DNA of 45,309 bases from an uncultured Aquificales bacterium (GTDB lineage Bacteria; Thermosulfidibacterota; Thermosulfidibacteria; Thermosulfidibacterales; Thermosulfidibacteraceae): contig CAYVOC010000009.1 in NCBI GenBank assembly GCA_964453345.1, positions 1-45,309 on the forward strand, read 5' to 3'. Made by a program: the position numbers and the translations under genes. The notes under the pieces are model-generated. The model saw only the letters and a program-made list of their open reading frames with translations, was not told where the DNA came from and made no database searches. Numbering within the stretch: position 1 is the first letter of the stretch; each line of letters starts with the position of its first letter. This document shows, piece by piece, positions 32,663 through 41,612 of the stretch.

Positions 32663-33165
32663 CGCAGCACCTCCTCAACCACCTCCCGGACTCCCCTGCC
32701 GTCCACCTTCACGGTAAAGTGGGCAGCCCGGCTGTAGAGGGGCATCCTCCTGAAGAACAGGTCCCTCACCCTCTCCACCGATCCGCTGAGAAGAGGCCTT
32801 CCATCCCTCAAGGCGTCCATCCTCTCAAGAAAGGCCTCGAAGGAGATATCCAGAAAGATCACCACTCCCGTTTCCCTCATAACCTCCACATTTTCTTCCC
32901 TTACCACAACTCCCCCGCCTGTTGCCACAACCCCCCTTTCCCTTAAAGAAACCTCCCTGAGAACCTCAGACTCCAATTTTCTGAAGAAGTCCTCACCGAA
33001 AAGGGAAAATATCTCCGGTATGCTCAAACCCGCCCGTTCAACTATAAGATCATCGGTATCCAGAAAGGGAAGGGACAGCCTTTCAGCCAACGCCCTGCCG
33101 ACCGTGCTCTTCCCGGAACCCATAAACCCGATGAGGTATATCTTAGAAACGGGAGATCCTCTCAA
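32626..33165 (-). CDS. aroK: Shikimate kinase; start uncertain
   Basis: IYLIGFMGSGKST, DTD, GEDFFRKLE, ATGGG, RPLL. Confidence 0.95.
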   Translation of the reverse strand: MRGSPVSKIYLIGFMGSGKSTVGRALAERLSLPFLDTDDLIVERAGLSIPEIFSLFGEDFFRKLESEVLREVSLRERGVVATGGGVVVREENVEVMRETGVVIFLDISFEAFLERMDALRDGRPLLSGSVERVRDLFFRRMPLYSRAAHFTVKVDGRGVREVVEEVLRCLNLSSPGKIG

Positions 33166-34285
33166 GGTAAGCCTTAAAGGATTTTTCCGTATCCCCAATG
33201 TGGTCTCCGCCAAACTTCTCCTTAAAGGCCTTGGCTATAACAAAGGCAAGCATGGACTCTGCAACAACCGCCGCCGCAGGAACGGCGCAGACATCGCTCC
33301 TCTCAAAACCCGAGGGAACCCCCTCCTTGGTCTCTATGTGGAAGCTCGAGAGGGGCCTTTTAAGGGTTGGGATGGGCTTCATAAAGCACCTCACCACAAT
33401 CTCCTCCCCGTTGCTTATGCCCCCCTCTATACCACCGGCCCTGTTGGTTTCTCTCCTTATTCCCCCATCCCAGAAGAGCTGATCGTGAAACTCCGATCCC
33501 CTGAGCGAAGAACAATCCCAGCCGCAACCAACAGAGACCGCCTTCACAGCCTGTATGCTCATCATGGCCTGGGCTATCATCCCATCAAGGCGCAGATCCC
33601 ACTGGGTATGGCTTCCAAGCCCCGGAGGAACGCCCCTCGCCCTCACCTCAAAAACGCCACCTAAGGTATCCCCTTCAGCAGCCGCCCTCTCTATCTCCTC
33701 AACCATCCTGGATGTGGCCTCAGGATCGGGACACCTTACAGGAGAATCATCGGAAAGCAGCATCTCGTCAAAGGAAAAAGCCCTCTCCACCCGCTCCCTC
33801 CCTATGGAGAGAACGGCGGAGGCGATCTCTATGCCAAAATGCCTCAAGAAAAGCTTAAAAACAGCACCTGCAGCCACCCTGCCGGCCGTTTCCCTCGCAC
33901 TTGAGCGCTCTATGGAAGGGCGCATCTCTTCATACCCAAACTTCAGAAGGGCCGGAAGATCCGCATGGCCGGGCCTCGGGACCTTAAAAAACCTCTCCTC
34001 GGTGGGATTCAAAGGATCCATGACCCGCTTCCAGTTCTCCCAGTCCCTGTTCCACACGGCAAGAAGTATGGGGGCACCCGTGGTTTTTCCCCTGTATACC
34101 CCGGAAAGTATCTCCGCCCTGTCCCTCTCTATCTTCATACGGGCCCCGCGACCGTAGCCCAGCTGCCTTCTCGCAAGCTCCCGGTTCACAAAGTCAAGGT
34201 CAAAAACAAGACCCGAAGGGATCCCTTCAACAAGGGCAAAGATTCCCTTACCGTGGGACTCACCCGCCGTAAAGAATCTCATCAC
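33143..34285 (-). CDS. aroC: Chorismate synthase
   Basis: TAGESHG, PRPGHAD, ERSSARET, GGIEGG, ERSDVC. Confidence 0.98.
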   Translation of the reverse strand: MMRFFTAGESHGKGIFALVEGIPSGLVFDLDFVNRELARRQLGYGRGARMKIERDRAEILSGVYRGKTTGAPILLAVWNRDWENWKRVMDPLNPTEERFFKVPRPGHADLPALLKFGYEEMRPSIERSSARETAGRVAAGAVFKLFLRHFGIEIASAVLSIGRERVERAFSFDEMLLSDDSPVRCPDPEATSRMVEEIERAAAEGDTLGGVFEVRARGVPPGLGSHTQWDLRLDGMIAQAMMSIQAVKAVSVGCGWDCSSLRGSEFHDQLFWDGGIRRETNRAGGIEGGISNGEEIVVRCFMKPIPTLKRPLSSFHIETKEGVPSGFERSDVCAVPAAAVVAESMLAFVIAKAFKEKFGGDHIGDTEKSFKAYLERISRF

Positions 34286-36171
34286 TTGCCGGTCTCTTCC
34301 GCGCTCTTTTCGTATCTGACTATCTGCGGAGTGATAAAGATAAGAAGCTCCTTCTTATCCACATTCCTGTATTCCTTACCGAACAACCACTTAACAAGGG
34401 GAACCCTGTCCAGATAGGGAACTCCCCTCTTTGTATTCTGTTCTGTCATCTCATAAACACCGCCTATAACCAAGGTTTCGCCGCTCTGCAATCTGACCCT
34501 GGTCTTAACCGATCTGGTCTGTATGGGAACACCATCTGGCGTCATGTGGGTGAAATCGGGGCTGTCCTTATCCACCTCTATGTCCAGTATTATGTCCCCC
34601 TTGGAGGTTATGTGGGGAGTTACCTTCAGCTTGAGCTTGGCCTCCTTAAACTCAACGTTGGTTCCCTGATCAGAATAGGTGGAATAGGGCACCTCGTATC
34701 CCTGGGAGATCTCCGCTTCTCTGTTATCCATGGTTATGACCTTTGGATTCGATATGACCTTGGCCAGCCCCGTGGACTCAAGGGAAGAGAGCTGTATATT
34801 CAGGCTAAAGGTGGCGCTGCGGTTCAAAAGGGTGGCTATGAGGGTTCCCGCCGGGGTCTCACCAACATTGGGGTTAAAGCCGAGATCAAAGTTGGCGTTT
34901 GCAGTATAGGTGTAGGGGAAATTGTAGGGGGTGTTCTGCTGCTTGAAGCCAATGCCCCACACTATTCCCAGATCCTTGACCTTGGTGGTTGCAACCTCAA
35001 CTATGCGCGCGCTTATCTGAACCTGGGGGATGGGCTTGTCGATCCTCTTCAGAAAGTTCTCTATCTTCTTCAACTCCTCCCTTGTCCCCTTAACAAGCAG
35101 CGCATTCAGCCTCTCTATAACATCAACCCCCTTCCCCTTGCCCGTAAGCATGGACTTCACCAGATCCTTAACTTCCGAAGCCTTGGCGTAATCCAGCTCA
35201 AAGATCTTGGTAAAGACAGGGGCCGTCTCCTCCACCACCTGCTTCATTCTGGCCCTTTTAGCAAGCTCCCGGTTGATCTTATCCACAGGCCCTATCCTGA
35301 TTATGTTGTGCCCCTCGTCTATCATCCCCAAACCACTAACCTTCAGTATAACATCCAGGGCCTTGCGCCAGGGAACATTCCTCAGCTTTATGGTGACGGT
35401 CCCCTTCACCTCCGGATCTATCACGAAGTTTATCCCGCTGACCTCGCTCAGGATATTTATGACGTCCCGCACATCCGCATCCTTGAACTCAAGGCTCACA
35501 AGCTTGTTGGTTCCAACCTGAACCCCTGCAGGCTCAGGGGCTATCTGCTCGGGGATGACCTTCAAAAGCTTTCCGAGTTTCAGGATCTTCACGGCAACCT
35601 TCCCCTCAGGATAAAGCACCACATCTGTCTCCAGATCCTTGGGATAATAAAGGATCTTCAACCTTCTGACCGAGGGGATGGGGGTGACGAGCATCTCACT
35701 TACACCAGAGGCGTTTTTAGCGTTAAAGAGCCTCACAACAACCCTCTCGGGATCCTCAAGCCTTGCCGTCTCAACATACTCCCAGGGCATACTTCCGAAG
35801 AGCTTTATGCCGTCTTTTCCCACCTTCACAGCCACAAGCCGGTTCACCACCTTGGAAAGGGGAATTCTCTTCTTGCGCAAAAGGGCAACGGGCCTGAATC
35901 CCTCCTTCAGCAACTTGTCCTCATCAACCTGAATGGCGTGGTATCTGCTCTTCAAAAGGGGCACCCGGCTCTCATCCACCTCAACCACAACCTTCTTCAT
36001 CTCACCCTTCTGATAGATCTTCAGTTTGAATCCCTGATCTATGAGAGGCTGATAGCTTTTCTCTATGTCAGAAAGGGATCTGTGCTTAAAAGCCCCCACC
36101 TGTAAGGAGACAGCTCCGGCCGCCACACACAACATAAGAAAACAGGAAAGCCCCAGTGCGAGCCTTCTCAT
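34282..36171 (-). CDS. pilQ: Type IV pilus secretin
   Basis: SLEFKDADVRDV, VPWRKALD, QVQISARIVE, VTPHIT, ELLIFITP. Confidence 0.94.
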   Translation of the reverse strand: MRRLALGLSCFLMLCVAAGAVSLQVGAFKHRSLSDIEKSYQPLIDQGFKLKIYQKGEMKKVVVEVDESRVPLLKSRYHAIQVDEDKLLKEGFRPVALLRKKRIPLSKVVNRLVAVKVGKDGIKLFGSMPWEYVETARLEDPERVVVRLFNAKNASGVSEMLVTPIPSVRRLKILYYPKDLETDVVLYPEGKVAVKILKLGKLLKVIPEQIAPEPAGVQVGTNKLVSLEFKDADVRDVINILSEVSGINFVIDPEVKGTVTIKLRNVPWRKALDVILKVSGLGMIDEGHNIIRIGPVDKINRELAKRARMKQVVEETAPVFTKIFELDYAKASEVKDLVKSMLTGKGKGVDVIERLNALLVKGTREELKKIENFLKRIDKPIPQVQISARIVEVATTKVKDLGIVWGIGFKQQNTPYNFPYTYTANANFDLGFNPNVGETPAGTLIATLLNRSATFSLNIQLSSLESTGLAKVISNPKVITMDNREAEISQGYEVPYSTYSDQGTNVEFKEAKLKLKVTPHITSKGDIILDIEVDKDSPDFTHMTPDGVPIQTRSVKTRVRLQSGETLVIGGVYEMTEQNTKRGVPYLDRVPLVKWLFGKEYRNVDKKELLIFITPQIVRYEKSAEETGK

Positions 36172-36539
36172 ATACCACCCTCCCCCTTTTTCTTGCTGAT
36201 CCTTATCTCAATCCTTTTGCCCTTTAGAACAAGAACGATCCTATCCGGCTCTATATCAACAATCCTCTCCCCCCTGTTGCCCAGATAATCCCCCACCTTT
36301 ACCAGATAGGTCTTTCTGTCGGGGGCAACCACTATAGCCTTCTTAAATCCTTCGGCAACAACAACGCCCGTTATCCTGTAGGCGTCAAGCCTGAACTTCT
36401 GCAGGGGATTGTTGGTGTGGAGAATCACCCTCTCCATCCGCGGTTTCTTCACCACCACGGGAGGAGGAGCAAACATATTCTCCTTGCCCAGAAGAACCGA
36501 TGGAAAACATAATATTAACAATAACAAAACAGGCATCAT
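36168..36539 (-). CDS. pilP: PilP-like pilus assembly protein
   Basis: NPLQKFRL, AIVVAPD, VKVGDYLG; synteny. Confidence 0.85.
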   Translation of the reverse strand: MMPVLLLLILCFPSVLLGKENMFAPPPVVVKKPRMERVILHTNNPLQKFRLDAYRITGVVVAEGFKKAIVVAPDRKTYLVKVGDYLGNRGERIVDIEPDRIVLVLKGKRIEIRISKKKGEGGI

Positions 36540-37105
36540 CTTCCCTTACCCTTTTCCATCCCTTCAATGTATCTGTAGGTCTGAAGAAGGCCGGATACGG
36601 TAAGAAGCGGATTATCGCTCATCTGTTTCGTTCTGACATTGAGCTTCTCAGGCTTAACCAGCCTGTCTAAGGAATCCACCCTCTCCAGAAACTCCACAAG
36701 CTGAGGATACGTGGATGTAAAAGAAACCTTTATGTTCACCGCAGCGTAGTGCTTCTCCGGATACGCCACTTCCCTTCCCATCTCCACCCTGTTGAGGTCC
36801 ACCCCGCTCATCTCGGCCAAAGCAGCGATGGCCCTGATAAGACCCGGAAGATCCTTCTCCTTGGGCAGCAGTCTCTTTAGCCTCTCTATCTCTTTCTTGA
36901 CCGACTCCCTCTTCGCCCTTATCTGCTTCATCCTGCGCAACAGAGAAAGAGCCGCTCTCTTTTTGTTTTCTATATCGACTATTTCCTCCCTCAACCTCCT
37001 TATTTCAAATCTGATGCTCCTGGCAAAGAGCATGTAATTGCACACAAGAATGGCAGCAGCCAGAAACACAACGGCGGCTATGTTTTTCTTCTCCTCCGGC
37101 TTCAC
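36536..37105 (-). CDS. pilO: PilO-like pilus assembly protein
   Basis: TM, coiled coil, LLPKEKDLPGLI, terminal TYRY; synteny. Confidence 0.87.
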   Translation of the reverse strand: MKPEEKKNIAAVVFLAAAILVCNYMLFARSIRFEIRRLREEIVDIENKKRAALSLLRRMKQIRAKRESVKKEIERLKRLLPKEKDLPGLIRAIAALAEMSGVDLNRVEMGREVAYPEKHYAAVNIKVSFTSTYPQLVEFLERVDSLDRLVKPEKLNVRTKQMSDNPLLTVSGLLQTYRYIEGMEKGKGR

Positions 37106-37674
37106 TTCAGCTTCACTCCTCCCACAAACCTTCTGACCCTTACCCCATTGACCTCCTTCTTCTCATACCTTGAAACCTGCACGGAGGCCACAAATTCACT
37201 CTTCTGAAGGTTCTCAACAAAGTCCGCCAAGGCGTCATCGTTCAAGGCGTATCCGTTCATCTTTATATTCTTACCGTTCATATCAAAGCTGGTGAGCCAG
37301 ACATCCTCCGGCATGGCCTCCTGTATCGCCTTGATAACCTTGAGAGGCAAATGGGCTTCCTTTATGATTTGCTTAATTATCCTCTTTCTGTCCTCAAGCT
37401 CAACAAGTTCCCTTTTCATCTTCTTCAAAAGCTTTGTCTTCTTCTCAAGAAGGGTCAGCTCCATCTTCTTGCGATTCCTGACAGCGGAAAGCTCCCCTTT
37501 TTGCTTGAGAAGTGTGTAATCCCAGACGAGGGAGATCAGAAGGGCAGCCACAATGGGAAGGGCGTAAACCACGTTGGGTATGGCTTTAGGCTCCCTTTTT
37601 GGAGAAGGCTTCCCCTTTTCAGAGGGGGCCTTTCTGTCCATAAGATTGATTCTTATGATCCTGCGCTGCCTCAT
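37102..37674 (-). CDS. pilN: PilN-like pilus assembly protein
   Basis: IRINL motif, TM, coiled coil, PEDVWL. Confidence 0.88.
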   Translation of the reverse strand: MRQRRIIRINLMDRKAPSEKGKPSPKREPKAIPNVVYALPIVAALLISLVWDYTLLKQKGELSAVRNRKKMELTLLEKKTKLLKKMKRELVELEDRKRIIKQIIKEAHLPLKVIKAIQEAMPEDVWLTSFDMNGKNIKMNGYALNDDALADFVENLQKSEFVASVQVSRYEKKEVNGVRVRRFVGGVKLK

Positions 37675-38393
37675 CCCAACCTATGCATTCCCCTTATGAC
37701 ACCGCTTATATCATCGGTTATCTCAAACTTTTCAAGATCAAGCTCAGAAGATAAAAGCTCCAGGAATCGCTCTAAGGGTTCCCTATCCCCGCCCGCTACA
37801 AGCTTAATCCCCTTTTTGGAAAAACCGGACCGCTTCAATCTTAAAGCAAGGGTATTGACAGCCTCACTCGCCTCCACAGGGGAAAGATCCACCTCCCCCA
37901 GATCCCGCACTCCGCCCGAAGAAGTGAAGCACCAGGTCAAAAGATCATCCTCCATCTCAACAAGCAGAGACGATTCCGCCGGAGCAGATCCACACAGAAA
38001 AAGGGGTCTTGAGGACACAAAAAGCTCCTCAAGATTCCGCAGCGGCTCCAGAAAATCCTCTCCCCTTTGGGTAAGCTCTGTAAGTATAAGAAGACTTCCC
38101 CCGTCTGCCTCCACAACCTCAACATGGATCACATCATCCAGATCAACAACCGTTTTTTCAATCTCAAAGTCCAGTATCTCCTCAAGGAATTCTTTGCCGA
38201 TTCCGTAAAACCTTGAGCAGGTGAAGACCAGCGGAGCGGGAAGGGCCACAACCACCCTGGTTTCTTTCCCTTCAAAGGAAGCCCAGAAGGAATCCCATTC
38301 CTCAAGGGGATGGGTTGAAACCTCGGAAATCTCCCCCTCCTGAGTCTCTGCCACTCTGAAAAAGTTTTTTAGAACATCAACCAGAATGGGCAT
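37671..38393 (-). CDS. Divergent, short PilM-position protein
   Basis: First gene of pilNOPQ; VVVALP and KLVAGG resemble actin-fold elements; otherwise weak similarity. Confidence 0.6.
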   Translation of the reverse strand: MPILVDVLKNFFRVAETQEGEISEVSTHPLEEWDSFWASFEGKETRVVVALPAPLVFTCSRFYGIGKEFLEEILDFEIEKTVVDLDDVIHVEVVEADGGSLLILTELTQRGEDFLEPLRNLEELFVSSRPLFLCGSAPAESSLLVEMEDDLLTWCFTSSGGVRDLGEVDLSPVEASEAVNTLALRLKRSGFSKKGIKLVAGGDREPLERFLELLSSELDLEKFEITDDISGVIRGMHRLG

Positions 38394-38399
38394 GGATTG

Positions 38400-38451
38400 A
38401 GTATAACAGCCCCCTCTGCTATTGACAATAGGAGTGGGGCTTACCTAAAAC
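38400..38451. promoter_or_regulatory. Divergent promoters: pil operon (minus) and antiporter (plus)
   Basis: Minus: TTGTCA(38428-38423)-N17-TATACT(38405-38400) with extended TG. Plus: TTGACA(38422-38427)-N18-TAAAAC, weaker. Confidence 0.6.
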
Positions 38452-38483
38452 AGAAGACAAACTGTTTTTAAGAGGGGTTGGTG

Positions 38484-39905
38484 ATGGGAAGAAAGGGCTG
38501 GTTGCTGGTAGCACTCATCATCCTGATAACGGCCGGAATGGCCTATGCTGGAGAAGCAGCGGAAACCATGGAACTCGGGGAAAAGCTTCCCCTGTGGAGC
38601 TCTATTCCCTTTGCGGGGATACTTTTATCAATCGCCATATTTCCTCTCGTAGCCCCGGAATTCTGGCACCACCACTACCCGAAGGTGTCCGCCTTCTGGG
38701 CCATAGTGGTGGCAGTGCCCCTTATATACGTTTTTAAGGGCGTCGCCATACACGAGATACTCCACATCTACATCACCGACTACATACCCTTCATCATCCT
38801 TCTGTGGTCCCTATACACCGTTGCGGGAGGAATCCTGCTCAGAGGCACCCTCAGAGGAACACCTGTGATCAACACACTTATGCTGGCCTTTGGAACCCTC
38901 ATTGCCTCCTGGGTGGGAACCACAGGAGCAGCCATGATAATGATAAGACCCTTCTTAAGGGCAAACGCCCACAGAAAATACAGGACCTATCAGGTGGTCT
39001 TTTTTATCTTTTTAATCTGTAACATAGGAGGTATCTTGACTCCCTTAGGCGACCCTCCCCTCTTTCTCGGTTTCCTGCACGGAGTTCCCTTCTTCTGGAC
39101 CATGAAGCTCTTTCCTATTCTCCTTCTGGCAGGAGGAGTTGTCCTCGGCCTCTTCTTCCTTATAGATCTTTACTACTACAGAAAGGAGCAGACCGAGCAG
39201 CCCAAGGATGAAACCAAACTGAAGATAGAAGGACTCCACAACCTGCTCTTTCTGGCTGGGATAGTGGGAGCCGTGCTCTTCAGCGGCGTGGTCCATCTTG
39301 GACATGTGAGCATTCTGGGAGTCCACAGGGAAATCTCCACCCTGATAAGGGATGCGGTGCTCATAATAATGGGGTTGCTTTCCTTGAAGACCACCTCCTG
39401 GGAGATCAGAAGGGACAACGACTTCACCTGGTTCCCCATACTTGAGGTGGCCTATCTTTTCGCCGGCATCTTCATGACCATGATACCTCCCATCGCCATT
39501 CTCAGAGCCGGAGAAAAGGGAGCGCTTGCATGGCTCATAGAAGCAGTGAGGGAACCCGCCCACTTCTTCTGGGCCACAGGAACCCTGTCAAGTTTTCTTG
39601 ACAACGCTCCCACATACCTGACCTTCCTCAATACAGCCCTTGGAAGGTTCTTCCCCGGCATGCCCGAACACCAGGCGGTCCACATGCTTATACAGCACAA
39701 ATCTCTCTTCCTTGAGGCCATATCCGCCGGAGCCGTGCTTATGGGCGCCAACACCTACATAGGCAACGCCCCCAACTTCATGGTGAGATCCATTGCAGAA
39801 GAGGCGGGTGTCCCCATGCCCAGCTTTTTCGGATACATTCTCAAATACTCTCTGCCGATACTCATACCAACCTTTATACTTGTCACCTTAGTCTTCTTCG
39901 CATAA
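38484..39905 (+). CDS. Ion-transporter superfamily membrane protein (putative Na+/H+ antiporter or carboxylate transporter)
   Basis: Many TM helices; GTTGA, NIGGILTPLGDPP, SSFLDNAPTY, TYIGNAPNFM. Confidence 0.85.
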   Translation: MGRKGWLLVALIILITAGMAYAGEAAETMELGEKLPLWSSIPFAGILLSIAIFPLVAPEFWHHHYPKVSAFWAIVVAVPLIYVFKGVAIHEILHIYITDYIPFIILLWSLYTVAGGILLRGTLRGTPVINTLMLAFGTLIASWVGTTGAAMIMIRPFLRANAHRKYRTYQVVFFIFLICNIGGILTPLGDPPLFLGFLHGVPFFWTMKLFPILLLAGGVVLGLFFLIDLYYYRKEQTEQPKDETKLKIEGLHNLLFLAGIVGAVLFSGVVHLGHVSILGVHREISTLIRDAVLIIMGLLSLKTTSWEIRRDNDFTWFPILEVAYLFAGIFMTMIPPIAILRAGEKGALAWLIEAVREPAHFFWATGTLSSFLDNAPTYLTFLNTALGRFFPGMPEHQAVHMLIQHKSLFLEAISAGAVLMGANTYIGNAPNFMVRSIAEEAGVPMPSFFGYILKYSLPILIPTFILVTLVFFA

Positions 39906-39941
39906 ATTCAGTGTAAAAGAAGTCGCCAAGGGAGGAGTATT

Positions 39942-40175
39942 TTGAAAGGATTTGCAGAGGTTGTAAAGGAAAAGAGGCAGAAGTTAGGATTAACCACCTC
40001 AGAGCTTGCCAGAAACTTAGGGGTTCCGGAAGAGATCGTCCTGGCCATAGAGAAAGGGGCCTTTCTCCCCCCTTCCTTCTTTCTACCCGTTCTCGTAAAG
40101 GTCCTGAAGGACGATGACGGACAGTTGAGGAAGGCCTATCAAAACGAAGCCATGCGCTGCTTCAGCTTCGGCTGA
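39942..40175 (+). CDS. XRE-family helix-turn-helix protein
   Basis: KEKRQKLGLTTSELARNLGV...IEKG; SD GGGAGG before TTG. Confidence 0.82.
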   Translation: MKGFAEVVKEKRQKLGLTTSELARNLGVPEEIVLAIEKGAFLPPSFFLPVLVKVLKDDDGQLRKAYQNEAMRCFSFG

Positions 40176-40184
40176 GGCTAAAGT

Positions 40185-40598
40185 TCAGGGGCGGGTCCCG
40201 CCCCTTTCCTCCATACACCTGATAACATCTCTGTCCATGCTTTCAACCTCTTCCGTCTGGGCATAGGCACACAGAAGACAGTCAACAAAGTCTATTTTCT
40301 TGTGCGAAAATATGTGCAAAGCTTCTATTACCGTTTCTTCATCTTGAGTGTCTACGTAGGGATTTTCTAAAAGCTTTATCAGAGCTTCTGAAATCTTGGG
40401 GCGTTCTATTTTGTAGAGTTTAGCCAAAACATATACCGCTTCTGCTATAACTGACTGGAGTATAAATACGTGTTTGTTATGTTCAAAAGCTTGTAAAAAA
40501 GTATTCAGGGCTTTCTCATAAAGTTCTTGATGGTCTTTAAGAAGTATTCTTAGAATAATGTTGGTATCAACTATGATCCTTCGCCTTTGAAAAGGCAT
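40185..40598 (-). CDS. PIN-domain (VapC-like) toxin
   Basis: IVDTNIILR, VIAEAVYVL, DFVDCLL, SMDRD acidic residues; AT-rich. Confidence 0.9.
   Translation of the reverse strand: MPFQRRRIIVDTNIILRILLKDHQELYEKALNTFLQAFEHNKHVFILQSVIAEAVYVLAKLYKIERPKISEALIKLLENPYVDTQDEETVIEALHIFSHKKIDFVDCLLCAYAQTEEVESMDRDVIRCMEERGGTRP
40187..40208. terminator. GC-rich hairpin between convergent xre and nrd/TA transcripts
   Basis: AGGGGCGGG-T-CCCGCCCCT followed by TTC. Confidence 0.65.
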
Positions 40599-40755
40599 CT
40601 TTTAAAACTTCCTTTTCAAGCAGTAGAATTTTCTCCGCATCAGCATCTTTAAATCCATAATCTTCGAGGATTCCCGCCACTTCCTCTAAGAAATGTTTTG
40701 CAGCTTTTGAAGCATTAGTATTATTTTTTTCTTTTATGGACTGAACCTTCACCAC
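40567..40755 (-). CDS. Putative antitoxin, possibly N-terminally truncated
   Basis: Small AT-rich ORF overlapping the PIN gene start; LEEVAGIL segment; purine-rich SD before GTG. Confidence 0.65.
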   Translation of the reverse strand: MVKVQSIKEKNNTNASKAAKHFLEEVAGILEDYGFKDADAEKILLLEKEVLKDAFSKAKDHS

Positions 40756-40767
40756 TCTCTCCCCCTT

Positions 40768-41451
40768 TCACCTAATAATAACCTCTCCCACCCTACCCTT
40801 CAAAATACGGGCGAGTTTTTCCATTTCTTCTCGGGTATAGGGATGGATGGTCCCGTAGGATGGATCAAGGGTTCCCCAGTTGGGGATAAATTTCTGTATC
40901 GCCACCCTCTTTACACCGTCAAGCACAGGCAGAAGAGCAAGCAAGCTATCTTCGTCCACCAGCGGGGGAACAGCCGTTATCCTTATCTCATACTCGCCGC
41001 TCCAGCTCTTCAGCAGGTCTATGCTTTCCTCTACGGGTTCCCAGCTTCCCCTTAGCAAATGATACCTGTCCGGAGAGGTCTTCACATCCAAGGCCACATA
41101 ATCCACCACACCCAAAAGCTCCTTCAGCCTTTCAGGGTAGCTTCCGTTCGTGTCCACCTTTGCAAGAAGCCCCAAGGCCCTCGCCTCAAGGCACAACCTT
41201 TTAGTCAGATCAGGATGTAGAAGAGGCTCCCCTCCGGTTACGACGATGGCGTCTATAAATCCTCGTCTTTTGTTCAACTCCTTAACCACATCCTCAACTG
41301 CTATGTCCGGAAGGGCTTTAACCCTATCTGGCAGAACCAGATCAACATTGTAGCAGTAGGGGCAGCGGAGGTTGCAACCGCCTAAGTAAACAACGGCCGC
41401 AACCCTGCCCGGATAATCCACAAGGCTTGTGCCGCGAAAACCCTTTATCAA
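40768..41451 (-). CDS. nrdG: Anaerobic RNR activating enzyme (radical SAM)
   Basis: SLVDYPG, GCNLRCPYCYN, TGGEP, DTNG, DVK. Confidence 0.95.
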   Translation of the reverse strand: MIKGFRGTSLVDYPGRVAAVVYLGGCNLRCPYCYNVDLVLPDRVKALPDIAVEDVVKELNKRRGFIDAIVVTGGEPLLHPDLTKRLCLEARALGLLAKVDTNGSYPERLKELLGVVDYVALDVKTSPDRYHLLRGSWEPVEESIDLLKSWSGEYEIRITAVPPLVDEDSLLALLPVLDGVKRVAIQKFIPNWGTLDPSYGTIHPYTREEMEKLARILKGRVGEVIIR

Positions 41452-41612
41452 AGGCTGTTTATCCTAACGTAGCGTCTCTCTTTGAATTCCTGCTTTTTGC
41501 CAATATTCCAGTTGCTCACAGGCCTGTAATAGCCCACCACCCTCGAATACACCTCGCAGGGAACAGCTATCGCCCGGACCTTGCGCCCTTCCCTTTCCTT
41601 AACTGCCCGCAT
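41448..41612 (-). CDS. Stand-alone glycyl-radical domain of class III RNR (54 aa; absent from ORF track)
   Basis: MRAVKEREGRKVRAIAVPCEVYSRVVGYYRPVSNWNIGKKQEFKERRYVRINSL; SD GAGGAGG 6 nt before ATG; stop overlaps the nrdG start (TTGA). Confidence 0.92.
   Translation of the reverse strand: MRAVKEREGRKVRAIAVPCEVYSRVVGYYRPVSNWNIGKKQEFKERRYVRINSL

Noticed and set aside
34546-36105. Long antisense ORFs (519 aa opposite pilQ; also 24480-25766, 11728-12822, 231-1043, 28367-29206, 16677-17588)
   Set aside because: They are shadows of well-supported genes on the other strand, with Leu/Pro/His-rich composition and no recognisable motifs.
40162-40175. C(UUCG)G hairpin over the xre stop codon
   Set aside because: Only a 5-bp stem with no further support; at most a 3'-end stabiliser.
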